DNA of 17,524 nt from Desulfobacterales bacterium (GTDB lineage: Bacteria > Desulfobacterota > Desulfobacteria > Desulfobacterales > UBA5616): NCBI GenBank assembly GCA_046483495.1, contig JAWODC010000047.1, positions 1-17,524 of the forward strand, given 5' to 3'. The notes beneath the pieces are model-generated. The model was not told where the DNA came from and made no database searches. It saw nothing but the letters and a program-made list of their open reading frames with translations. The translations under genes and the position numbers were made by a program. Of this stretch, positions 8,853 through 17,028 are shown piece after piece; within the stretch, counting starts at the first letter, position 1; each line of letters opens with the position of its first letter.

Positions 8853-10305
8853 ACTTATCCAGTTTGATTACCATAAATCCGGTTGCAGCCCGCCTTATGA
8901 AAAGTTGAATCACCTCTCCATCACTCAGTTGACTCAGAAAAGACTGGTAGTCGTTTACCGAAAAAATTTCCTGGTGATTGATTTCCTTTATCAGGTCGCC
9001 TTCCAGAATCCCGGCCTTTTCGCCTTTTCCGCCGGGAGTGACGCCGACGACCACAACCCCTTTGCCGTCCGTGATATTGAATTTTCGTGCGATTTCCGGA
9101 TCGATGTTTTCGACCTGAATGCCGATTTCATCCGGGGCGTCCTCCGGGTCCACCCGCGAAGCGAATTCAGTATCCGGCCTGCGGCCGATTTTCACGTTCA
9201 GCGTAACCATTTCGCCGTTTCGCACCACATCGATATCGGCATGATCACCGACGGTCAGGCACGCAACGATGCCGGTCAGGTCACGAGGGGTTTCGATTTT
9301 TCTGCCGTTCACGGCCGTAATGACGTCTTTTGCTTTTAGGCCGGCGATGTCCGCGGGATCACCGGGAAATACATCGGTAACCAATACGCCGTTTTTTATG
9401 CCGTAGTATTCGACCAGCTCTGGATTCAACGGTTGAATCCCCACGCCAAGCCAGCCGCGGACGACTTCACCGTGATGTTTAAGCTGACGTATAACGTCCT
9501 TGGCCATATTGACCGGGATTGCGAATCCGATTCCCTGGCCTCCGGCGACAATGGCGGTGTTGATCCCGACGACCTTTCCTTCCAGATCGATCAAAGGGCC
9601 GCCGCTGTTTCCCGGGTTGATGGAGGCGTCCGTTTGAATGAAGTCGTCATAGGGTCCGGAACCGAGGACACGGCCTTTAGCGCTGACAATGCCGGCCGTT
9701 ACCGTATGCTCCAGTCCAAAAGGGTTGCCGATGGCGACCACCCACTGGCCGACTTTCACCTCGTCCGAATCACCCATTTCGACAAACGGAAGGTCTTCAA
9801 CAGGATCTATTTTTATTAGTGCAATATCCGTATTGGGATCCCGTCCTATGATTCGAGCGTCGAATTCCTTGCCGTTGTTCAATTGGACGGTGATCTGATC
9901 AGCGTTTTCCACGACGTGGTTATTGGTGACGATATATCCGGCGATGTCGATGAGAAAGCCCGATCCCAAACTTCGTTGTTTGAATTCTTTGTTAGGGTCC
10001 TGTTCGAAGAACCGATCAAAATGCTCTTTCATCGGATCATCATCGTCAAAGTGGTCAAAAGGCCCTCTGAAAAAGTGGCGGAAAACGCGGCCTCCATCCT
10101 GTGTGAGTTTCACCGTCCGAATATTGACGACCGCCAATCCGGCCGTTTCCGCCAGCGTGCAGAAATTTCTCGGTATCATCTCGGAAAGCGACCGGTTCGC
10201 GCCGAGCGCTAACAGCATGACAAAAGAACAGATCCAGATAACAAATTTTCCGGACAGCCTGGCGGAGTTAAAATCCGGTGCACTCAAAAAATTACGTTGT
10301 CTCAT
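8851..10305 (-). CDS. DegQ/DegP (HtrA) periplasmic serine endoprotease with two PDZ domains
   Basis: Catalytic triad in TNNHVV, TDIALI and INPGNSGGPL; PDZ domains starting near RGWLGV and EIGIQV; N-terminal hydrophobic signal. ATG 10305 has AAGGG upstream and is preferred to TTG 10332. Confidence 0.93.
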   Translation of the reverse strand: MRQRNFLSAPDFNSARLSGKFVIWICSFVMLLALGANRSLSEMIPRNFCTLAETAGLAVVNIRTVKLTQDGGRVFRHFFRGPFDHFDDDDPMKEHFDRFFEQDPNKEFKQRSLGSGFLIDIAGYIVTNNHVVENADQITVQLNNGKEFDARIIGRDPNTDIALIKIDPVEDLPFVEMGDSDEVKVGQWVVAIGNPFGLEHTVTAGIVSAKGRVLGSGPYDDFIQTDASINPGNSGGPLIDLEGKVVGINTAIVAGGQGIGFAIPVNMAKDVIRQLKHHGEVVRGWLGVGIQPLNPELVEYYGIKNGVLVTDVFPGDPADIAGLKAKDVITAVNGRKIETPRDLTGIVACLTVGDHADIDVVRNGEMVTLNVKIGRRPDTEFASRVDPEDAPDEIGIQVENIDPEIARKFNITDGKGVVVVGVTPGGKGEKAGILEGDLIKEINHQEIFSVNDYQSFLSQLSDGEVIQLFIRRAATGFMVIKLDK

Positions 10306-10378
10306 CGGGTTTTTCCCTTTGAAAAAGGACAATTACCGTCGCCGGAAACCCAATTGATTCGGGTGTGCCTGCGGCGGA

Positions 10379-10786
10379 TCAGGATTTTTCCTTGATATAA
10401 AGGATTCTTAAATCATAAAGGATATTTTTCAGCATACGCTCCTCATCGTCATTCAAGTTTCCGCGTGTTTTTTCTTCCAGCATGCCTAAAATATCGATGG
10501 TCTGTTTCCCAAGCGCCAGATTTTTCGATTTTTCGCCGGTCCCCGGATCATCGATGATGCCCAAATGAACCATCGCGGAGGCATTCAGGGACATGATAAA
10601 CGTCATAAAACCAACTTTCGGAAGACCGGCAAAATCGGATGTGCCGGGCATCCTTTTTTTGGACTTTTCAGCTGCTTCGTTCTCGATATCCGGTGTCTCT
10701 CTATTATCCGACGGTCGGTTTTCTGTGGGACTGAATCGTCGGTCTCTGACGGTAAACGATTTTTTTTCGTTTTTTTCCTCTGACAT
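10379..10786 (-). CDS. DUF1844-family protein
   Basis: F.TFIMSL..SAMVHLG and KQTIDILGMLEEKTRGNL..DE..ML..ILYDLR match my recollection of the DUF1844 pattern. GGAGG lies just upstream of ATG 10786. Confidence 0.8.
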   Translation of the reverse strand: MSEEKNEKKSFTVRDRRFSPTENRPSDNRETPDIENEAAEKSKKRMPGTSDFAGLPKVGFMTFIMSLNASAMVHLGIIDDPGTGEKSKNLALGKQTIDILGMLEEKTRGNLNDDEERMLKNILYDLRILYIKEKS

Positions 10787-10863
10787 GGTGGCCTCCAATC
10801 CAAACGATCAACGATATTCGCCCATCCGGAAATATCCTGGTTTAAGGAATCGCTTCCGGTTTG

Positions 10864-10899
10864 AAAAAAGGCGGTTTCAAGAACAGTGTTTCAGCCGCC
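10864..10899 (-). terminator. Possible weak intrinsic terminator after serA
   Basis: Minus strand reads GGCGG...CCGCC-TTTTTT with a large, partly paired loop, about 30 nt past the serA stop. Confidence 0.35.
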
Positions 10900-10931
10900 G
10901 GACGAAAAACATGAAAGCGGTCCTCTGTGTG

Positions 10932-12512
10932 CTAGAAACGCAGGGGCTTGACGGATTTGACCAGCGGAAGGCTTCTCAGTTCTTCGACCACTTCATTCGG
11001 AATCGGAGTGTCGGTGCACAAAATAATGATGTTCCGATCCCCTTTTTCTTGCTGACCGACCTGCATACGTGCAATGTTGATATCGTGTTTGCCCAGTGTC
11101 GAGCCGATCTGACCGATGGATCCGGGTTTGTCGACATTGTAAATAAGCGCCAGGTTACCCTCCATGACCATCTCCAGGCGGAAATTGTTAATCTTGACCA
11201 CCCTGGAGTCGTTTTTGCCGAAAATGGTTCCTGAAACCGTATTTACACCGGCCGTCGTCATGGCGGTGACGGTGATGAGGTTCAGATATTCCTTCGGGTC
11301 CGGACTGGTGGCTTCGGAAATTTTGACGCCCCTTTCCCCGGCGATCAAATGGGCGTTTACAAAATTGATATCATCTTTCATAACGGGACTGAGAATTCCC
11401 TTCAGGGCGGCGGTTGTAGCCGGTGCCATATCCAATCCCTGGAAATCTCCGGCATATTCGATGGTAACTTCTTTTAAAGCGCCTTCATTCAACTGGGCCA
11501 GCAATAGGCCCATGTGTTCGGCAAGATATAAAAACGGACCCAGTTTGGTTAGGAGTTTACCGGTAACGGAGGGTACGTTGACGGCGTTGAGAATGGTCCC
11601 GTTTTTCAGATAATCGATGATTTGGCCGGCCACCTGAACGGCAACATTGGTCTGAGCCTCCTTTGTAGAAGCTCCGAGGTGGGGGGTGCAAACGATACGG
11701 TCCAATTCAAACAAGGGAATTTGGCCCGGAGGCTCCGTTTCAAATACATCCAGAGCAGCACCGGCAACCTTGCCGGACTTTATGGCATTATAAAGATCTT
11801 TTTCATTGACAATGCCTCCCCTGGCGCAATTGATCACCATCACTCCCTGCTTCATCTGATCGAAGGCATCCTTGTTCAAAAAGCCGATGGTGTTATCGAG
11901 TTTCGGAACGTGAATGGTAATGTAATCCGCATTTTTGTACAATTCTTCGAGAGAAACACTCTCAAAACCGGCTTTTTCAATAAATTCGGGTGTGACATAC
12001 GGATCACAAACGATGACCTTCATTTTTAACCCGCGAGCCCGATTGGCAACGATGGATCCTATTTTTCCGAATCCGATGACCCCCAGTATTTTGTTGTAAA
12101 CTTCTCTTCCCTGCAGTTTTTTCTTCTCCCAACGGCCATCCATCAGCGTCGATGTTCCACTTGGAATATTGCGCGTCAAGGACAGCATCATGGCAATAGT
12201 ATGTTCGGCCGTTGAAATGACATTCCCCCCGGGAGTATTCATGACGACAATCCCGCGTTTCGTGGCTGCGGGAATATCGACGTTGTCGAGGCCGATTCCC
12301 GCTCTGCCAACCGCCTTCAGATTGGCGGCGGCATCTAAGAGATCCGCAGTGACTTTTGTTGCGCTTCGAATCACAAGGGCATGGTAATCGCCGATGATTT
12401 CTTTTAATTCTTCGGGGGAAAGCCCGGTTTTAACATCCACCTCGATGCCGTCTTCTTTGCGTAGCATATCGATTCCGATTTCACCCAGATTGTCACTGAT
12501 CAGAACTTTCAT
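10932..12512 (-). CDS. serA: D-3-phosphoglycerate dehydrogenase, long form with ASB and ACT domains
   Basis: IRSATKV, GRAGIGLDNVD, GVIGFGKIG, INCARGGIV, ALDVFETEP and TPHLGAST motifs; C-terminal ACT domain (NVDKPGSIG); 526 aa; AAGGAGG SD. Confidence 0.96.
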   Translation of the reverse strand: MKVLISDNLGEIGIDMLRKEDGIEVDVKTGLSPEELKEIIGDYHALVIRSATKVTADLLDAAANLKAVGRAGIGLDNVDIPAATKRGIVVMNTPGGNVISTAEHTIAMMLSLTRNIPSGTSTLMDGRWEKKKLQGREVYNKILGVIGFGKIGSIVANRARGLKMKVIVCDPYVTPEFIEKAGFESVSLEELYKNADYITIHVPKLDNTIGFLNKDAFDQMKQGVMVINCARGGIVNEKDLYNAIKSGKVAGAALDVFETEPPGQIPLFELDRIVCTPHLGASTKEAQTNVAVQVAGQIIDYLKNGTILNAVNVPSVTGKLLTKLGPFLYLAEHMGLLLAQLNEGALKEVTIEYAGDFQGLDMAPATTAALKGILSPVMKDDINFVNAHLIAGERGVKISEATSPDPKEYLNLITVTAMTTAGVNTVSGTIFGKNDSRVVKINNFRLEMVMEGNLALIYNVDKPGSIGQIGSTLGKHDINIARMQVGQQEKGDRNIIILCTDTPIPNEVVEELRSLPLVKSVKPLRF

Positions 12513-12564
12513 TTGGCGCCTCCTTTACATCCCGCGCATAAGATTATGTTAAAAAAACTAAAAA

Positions 12565-12595
12565 ATATAAATCAAACTTTTATGCACAATGTCAA
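12565..12595 (-). promoter_or_regulatory. Possible sigma70 promoter for serA
   Basis: A perfect TTGACA at 12590-12595 (minus strand) in an AT-rich tract, but the best -10 (TATATT) is 20 nt away, which is non-optimal. Confidence 0.25.
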
Positions 12596-12724
12596 ACAAA
12601 TCTTCAAAAGAAAGGTGTGGGACGGGCGCTTTCGTTTCATGAAAACCGAATTTGGAGCGTATATGATGCGGTGTAGGGCAAAGATGTGTTCGGCCCGTTT
12701 CAGGATGGACATCGACAGCAAAAA

Positions 12725-13564
12725 CTATTCTTGGACCCGGCTTTTACGATATTGAATATAGGCGTTTTTGAACGCTTGGTACGGTTGAAGAGAGGCTTCC
12801 TTTAGGGATTCATAATCACCGATACGCAAGGAGGTGGCGTTTATCGCATTTTCGGCGGTCAGCCCGATGCGGATCGGGGTCGATTCGATATAGCCGATGG
12901 GGTTTAAAAACATTCTGTCTGCCGCAAATCCGAAGGAATCCCTTAAGGTCGAAGGACCGATCAGGGGCCATACGAGATAAATCCCGTTGCCGATGCCGTA
13001 AGTGCCAAGGGTCTGTCCCATGTCCTCTTCCGGGGGGTCGAGACCGGGGTATTTTTGCGCCGGATCCATGAATCCCAGTACCCCTATCGTACTGTTGATG
13101 AAAAAGGCGAAAAACTCTCCCATTGCCGGGCGCGCCTTCCCCTGGAGCACACAATTGACCAAACGAATCGGCGCCTTGATATTGTGAAAAAAATTGTCGA
13201 TTCCCCGCCTGGCCGGCAGCGGCACCACCCGGCCGTAAAATTGTGCTGTTGGTTTCAAGATCCGGAAATACAAACGATCATTCACCTGGAACATAAACCT
13301 GTTCCAGGGTTCCAACGGGTCGAAAACGGTGATTTCCTCTGATGGATATGCTTCCTCGAGAAACTCGAAGTCCTCATCCACTTCGGACTCTGAGGCCGTT
13401 TCTGCGTACTGGTAAGCCGTTTCAGGATTATCTTCATAATCGGCGGTCGAGCGCCGGTCTTCAGCAAAAACCGGTGACGGCGCTCCCCCGGCAAAAAGCA
13501 GCAACATCGCGATCAGAACAGGAAACATAGAAGGGTGACGGCGTATTGCCGGGGAATCGTTCAT
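12725..13564 (-). CDS. mlaA: MlaA/VacJ-family outer-membrane lipid asymmetry protein
   Basis: FDPLEPWNRFMF, NFFHNI..P, INSTIGVLG, EDMGQTLG and YLVWPLIGPSTLRD motifs. The start overlaps the mlaC stop (ATGA). Confidence 0.92.
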   Translation of the reverse strand: MNDSPAIRRHPSMFPVLIAMLLLFAGGAPSPVFAEDRRSTADYEDNPETAYQYAETASESEVDEDFEFLEEAYPSEEITVFDPLEPWNRFMFQVNDRLYFRILKPTAQFYGRVVPLPARRGIDNFFHNIKAPIRLVNCVLQGKARPAMGEFFAFFINSTIGVLGFMDPAQKYPGLDPPEEDMGQTLGTYGIGNGIYLVWPLIGPSTLRDSFGFAADRMFLNPIGYIESTPIRIGLTAENAINATSLRIGDYESLKEASLQPYQAFKNAYIQYRKSRVQE

Positions 13565-14175
13565 TGGTCGTTCTCGGATTCGTTTAGCTTGGATTGCAAT
13601 TGGTCGATCAATTCATCGGCCGATTTATTGATAAGGATCGAACGAATCTGGCTGCGGTAATTTTCAATCAGGCTGACATTTTCGACAAGCACATCATAGA
13701 TCTTCCATTTGCCGGCGATTCGCCGCATGCGATAGTCTATGGGTATCGATGTATTTTCTTGGGGTATTTCGGTTTTGACGATCGCCCTGCCTGGACTGAG
13801 TATCTCCCCGCTCACGAACACGACATTTTGGCCCTCATAGCCTTCTTGGATTTTATCCAGGTACTTATTGCCCAAAAAGCGTGAAAAAACATCGATAAAT
13901 TTTTCCTGTTGTGCCGGGGAGAAGGTGTTATTCCAATGAAAGCGGCCCAGCACACTCTTGGATATAAATGTAAAATCAAAAACCGGGTATATGACATTCC
14001 ATAGTTTTTCGCGTTGAATATCTTCCTGTTCTGCGCCCTGGTATCGGGGGTCTTCCAGAATTTCAATGGTTTTCTCTATGGGAGCCTTTAAGGCTTCCAT
14101 GGGTTCGGTCCCCGAAGCGGCGACCGGAATCAGCACTGCCAGTAGTATTACCGTGTAAAATATGCCGGTTTTCAC
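13561..14175 (-). CDS. mlaC: MlaC/Ttg2D periplasmic phospholipid-binding protein
   Basis: FDF..ISKSVLGR, IDYRM and WKIYDVLVENVSLIENYRSQ motifs; signal peptide; GTG 14175 has AAGGAG upstream and is preferred to TTG 14208. Confidence 0.9.
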   Translation of the reverse strand: MKTGIFYTVILLAVLIPVAASGTEPMEALKAPIEKTIEILEDPRYQGAEQEDIQREKLWNVIYPVFDFTFISKSVLGRFHWNNTFSPAQQEKFIDVFSRFLGNKYLDKIQEGYEGQNVVFVSGEILSPGRAIVKTEIPQENTSIPIDYRMRRIAGKWKIYDVLVENVSLIENYRSQIRSILINKSADELIDQLQSKLNESENDQ

Positions 14176-14204
14176 GTCTCTCTCCTTCGATGCCGGTGAC
14201 ATTT

Positions 14205-14651
14205 TCAAACATCTCCAAACATGTATCTGCTGACCAATTCCTCAAGGTCAAGGGCGGGCTTCGTATTGGTAATGATATCTCCATCCTGAAGATACATATC
14301 GGATCCGCCCGGGGACAATTGGATGTATTTGTCGCCGATCAGGCCGGATGTTTTGACGGATGCGCTGACGTCTTCCGAAAGCTCGATGCCCTGGTCGATT
14401 TTCATTTCCACAACGGCGACCTGGCGTTCCTGATCCAATCGTATATTGCTGACGGTTCCGATTGGGATGCCGGCCATTTCAACCCCGGCGCCTTCTTTTA
14501 ATCCGGCCACAGACTGAAAACGACCGTAAACCTGGTATCTTTCCTCCCCGAACAGCTCTAATTTACCCAGCCTTACAGTCAAGTATCCCACGCACAAAAT
14601 ACCGATCAGCACAAAGATGCCGACCGATGTTTCAATGGACGCCTTTTTCAT
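14205..14651 (-). CDS. mlaD: MlaD single-MCE-domain protein
   Basis: N-terminal transmembrane helix (ETSVGIFVLIG), F.SVAGLKEGAGV.MAGIPIGTV and TSGLIGDKYIQLSPGG motifs; GGAGG SD. Confidence 0.94.
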   Translation of the reverse strand: MKKASIETSVGIFVLIGILCVGYLTVRLGKLELFGEERYQVYGRFQSVAGLKEGAGVEMAGIPIGTVSNIRLDQERQVAVVEMKIDQGIELSEDVSASVKTSGLIGDKYIQLSPGGSDMYLQDGDIITNTKPALDLEELVSRYMFGDV

Positions 14652-14666
14652 AAAACCTCCAAAAAA

Positions 14667-15878
14667 TTAACAGACATTGAACCGGTAAACAACACTTTTC
14701 GAGGACTCTGCTTCGCCGATCACCTCTTCGAGACTGTTTCCCTTCTTGAATTCGGAAATGCCTGCGACAATGCTATAGCAAAAATCAGCATACGGTTTTA
14801 TGTCCACACGCACGTTTACTTCGAATTCTTCGATCACCTTCGAACAGACTTTTTCCGCCTGTTCGCGATTCGTATCGGAAAGAATCACCAGGATGTGATC
14901 CATCTTATAGCGGGAGCAGGTATCCGTGACGCGAATCGTTGCCTGGATTCGATCGGCCAGGTCTTTTAATGCGTTATGGGTCGCCCGATGGCCCAGATGA
15001 GTGTTCACTTCACTGATGTTTTCGATTTTAAACAGAATAACCGAGAACGGTATTTCATATCGGTTGAAACGCGCGATGGCTTCTTTGAAGCGGTTTTCAG
15101 CATGCGAATAGTGTGCCGTGCCGGTCAGGTCGTCCTGCCCCGACTCGAGTCCGCGGACAAATTTCCGGATTACCGGATTGTCCGATCGCTGGAATGCTTC
15201 AGGGTCCCCCTCGAAAAGGATTTTTCCTTCTTCCAGCATGGCGATTCGATGGCTGATGTAAAAGATGTCGGGAATTTCATGGCTTACCATAACCGCCGTA
15301 AATCCGAGGCGCTTCTGATACTCTGTGATCAGGGTGTGAACGGCGCTTTTGCGTATGGGATCCAGTCCGGTCGTCGGTTCATCGAAAAGAACGATTTTCG
15401 GATCGGTAATCAGCGCGCGTGCAAGGGCCACCCGCTTCATCATTCCACCGGAAATCTGGGAGGGATATTTGTCCTCGATGCCCGAGATATCCAACTGGTC
15501 CATTCTTTCCTTTACTTTTCGTTCGATTTCTTTTTGAGAAAGGCGGGCATTTTCACGCAACGGCAAGGCGATGTTCTTGAACACCGTCATGGAATCGAAA
15601 AGGGCGTTTCCCTGGAACATGTAGCTGAATGTTTTCTTGAACTGTATTTTATCTTTTTTTTTCAGTTTGTTAATGGGGACACCCTCATACAGGATTTCAC
15701 CGGAATCCTGTTCCAAAAGCCCTACGATATGCTTTAACAGGACACTCTTTCCGCCGCCGCTTTTTCCCACAATAGTGGTCGTTTTGTCTCGGTATATGGA
15801 GAGGTCGACGCCGTTCAAGACCGGGGTTCCACCGAAGCGCTTCACGACATTTACCAGTTTTATCAACGGCTGTTCCAT
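14667..15878 (-). CDS. mlaF: MlaF ABC ATPase fused to a C-terminal degenerate GGDEF-like domain
   Basis: Residues 1-245 have Walker A GKSGGGKS, Q-loop FQGNALFDS, signature ISGGMMKRVALARAL, Walker B LFDEPTTGLDP and H-loop VSHE. Residues 249-403 have DDLTG, FSVILF, VNTHLGH, IRVTDTCSRYKMDHILVIL and SIVAGI, following the GGDEF motif order. Confidence 0.9.
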   Translation of the reverse strand: MEQPLIKLVNVVKRFGGTPVLNGVDLSIYRDKTTTIVGKSGGGKSVLLKHIVGLLEQDSGEILYEGVPINKLKKKDKIQFKKTFSYMFQGNALFDSMTVFKNIALPLRENARLSQKEIERKVKERMDQLDISGIEDKYPSQISGGMMKRVALARALITDPKIVLFDEPTTGLDPIRKSAVHTLITEYQKRLGFTAVMVSHEIPDIFYISHRIAMLEEGKILFEGDPEAFQRSDNPVIRKFVRGLESGQDDLTGTAHYSHAENRFKEAIARFNRYEIPFSVILFKIENISEVNTHLGHRATHNALKDLADRIQATIRVTDTCSRYKMDHILVILSDTNREQAEKVCSKVIEEFEVNVRVDIKPYADFCYSIVAGISEFKKGNSLEEVIGEAESSKSVVYRFNVC

Positions 15879-15888
15879 TAGGTTGCAA

Positions 15889-16686
15889 CTACATCAGAAA
15901 AGAGGTTAACACGTAATCCGCTGCAAGAATCAATACACAGGATTGGACGACGGCATTTGTCGTGGACGTGCTGACGCCTTTTGCACCGAACCCATTCGCT
16001 TTAAGATGGGTATAGTATCCCTGATAGCAGCAAACCGTAACAACGATGACGGCAAAGAAAATCGACTTGATAAATCCTCCGGTAATATCATTCATCAACA
16101 CGCTGGACTGGGCGCGGGAAAAATAGATTTCCTGGTTGATGCCCAGCAGCACCGATCCGGTCAGATAGCCGCCGTATATGCCGATAACATCGAAAATCGC
16201 CGTCAGCAGGGGGAAACAGATGAGTGCCGCAGCGATTTTGGGGCTGATCAAAAATTGGATCGGGTTGATGTTCATGGTCTTCAAGGCATCGATTTGTTCG
16301 GATATCCTCATGATCCCGATTTCGGAGGACATGGCCGACCCCGCCCGCGCCGTGACCATAATAGCGGCCAGAACAGGACCGAGCTCCCGGACAAGTGAAA
16401 GGGAAACCGCGGAACCGAGAAATCCTTCGGAACCGAACATCACCAGGCTGTAATAGCCCTGAAATCCGAGGACCATTCCGGTAAATGCCCCTGTCAGGCA
16501 GATAACGAAAACGGACTTGCTTCCGATAAACTGAATTTGCTGGACGATTCGATATGTACGAAATGGATATTTGAAAATCAGGAAGAAGCCTTTAATGAAA
16601 AATATGGCGCCTTTTCCCATATCCCTCAGAATACGAAGCGTCATGTTGCCGATCGCGGCGATTGGATTTTTTCTTCCTCTTTCCAA
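15889..16686 (-). CDS. mlaE: MlaE ABC permease
   Basis: FTGMVLGFQGY, RELGPVLAAIMVTARAGSAMSSEIG.MRISEQIDAL and GVSTSTTNAVV motifs. The start is uncertain: TTG 16686 (GGAG/AAGGG upstream, 265 aa) or ATG 16719. The track start at 16821 lies inside the promoter candidate. Confidence 0.92.
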   Translation of the reverse strand: MERGRKNPIAAIGNMTLRILRDMGKGAIFFIKGFFLIFKYPFRTYRIVQQIQFIGSKSVFVICLTGAFTGMVLGFQGYYSLVMFGSEGFLGSAVSLSLVRELGPVLAAIMVTARAGSAMSSEIGIMRISEQIDALKTMNINPIQFLISPKIAAALICFPLLTAIFDVIGIYGGYLTGSVLLGINQEIYFSRAQSSVLMNDITGGFIKSIFFAVIVVTVCCYQGYYTHLKANGFGAKGVSTSTTNAVVQSCVLILAADYVLTSFLM

Positions 16687-16802
16687 CGTATTGCCCTTCT
16701 CCCAAAAGATTGGCGCCATGTGTGAATCGGTGTCGGTTGTGTCCCGACCGGGGATGCCTATGGACACAAGCATATCGAAACTCAAGGAAAAAAATAATCC
16801 TC

Positions 16803-16831
16803 TGTATAACCAAACCCGCAAAACGTGTCAA
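16803..16831 (-). promoter_or_regulatory. Probable sigma70 promoter of the mla operon
   Basis: Minus strand TTGACA (16826-16831), a 17-nt spacer, then TATACA (16803-16808). Confidence 0.5.
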
Positions 16832-17028
16832 GAATGAAAAGGTGCGATGCCGCGGGCTTTAATGAACGGCGAAAGTGCCGCCGCGCGTGGTGATCCAACA
16901 GTTCTCGAACGGTCAGGCGCATCATGTCAGGGCTCCGGCGATTGACTTTGGCTGAAGGATATACTAAAAGTTTTAAAAAAAATTAGCAACTTGCCGTAAA
17001 CATCGGCCGTACGGGAAAGGAAATTGCG

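Noticed and set aside
14892..14906. Active diguanylate cyclase in MlaF
   Set aside because: The signature position reads KMDHI and the first metal-binding Asp is missing, so catalysis is very unlikely.
16687..17028. Sigma-54 (-24/-12) promoter for the mla operon
   Set aside because: Candidates such as CGGCAAGTTGC and TGACACGTTTTGC lack the required GG-N10-GC spacing.
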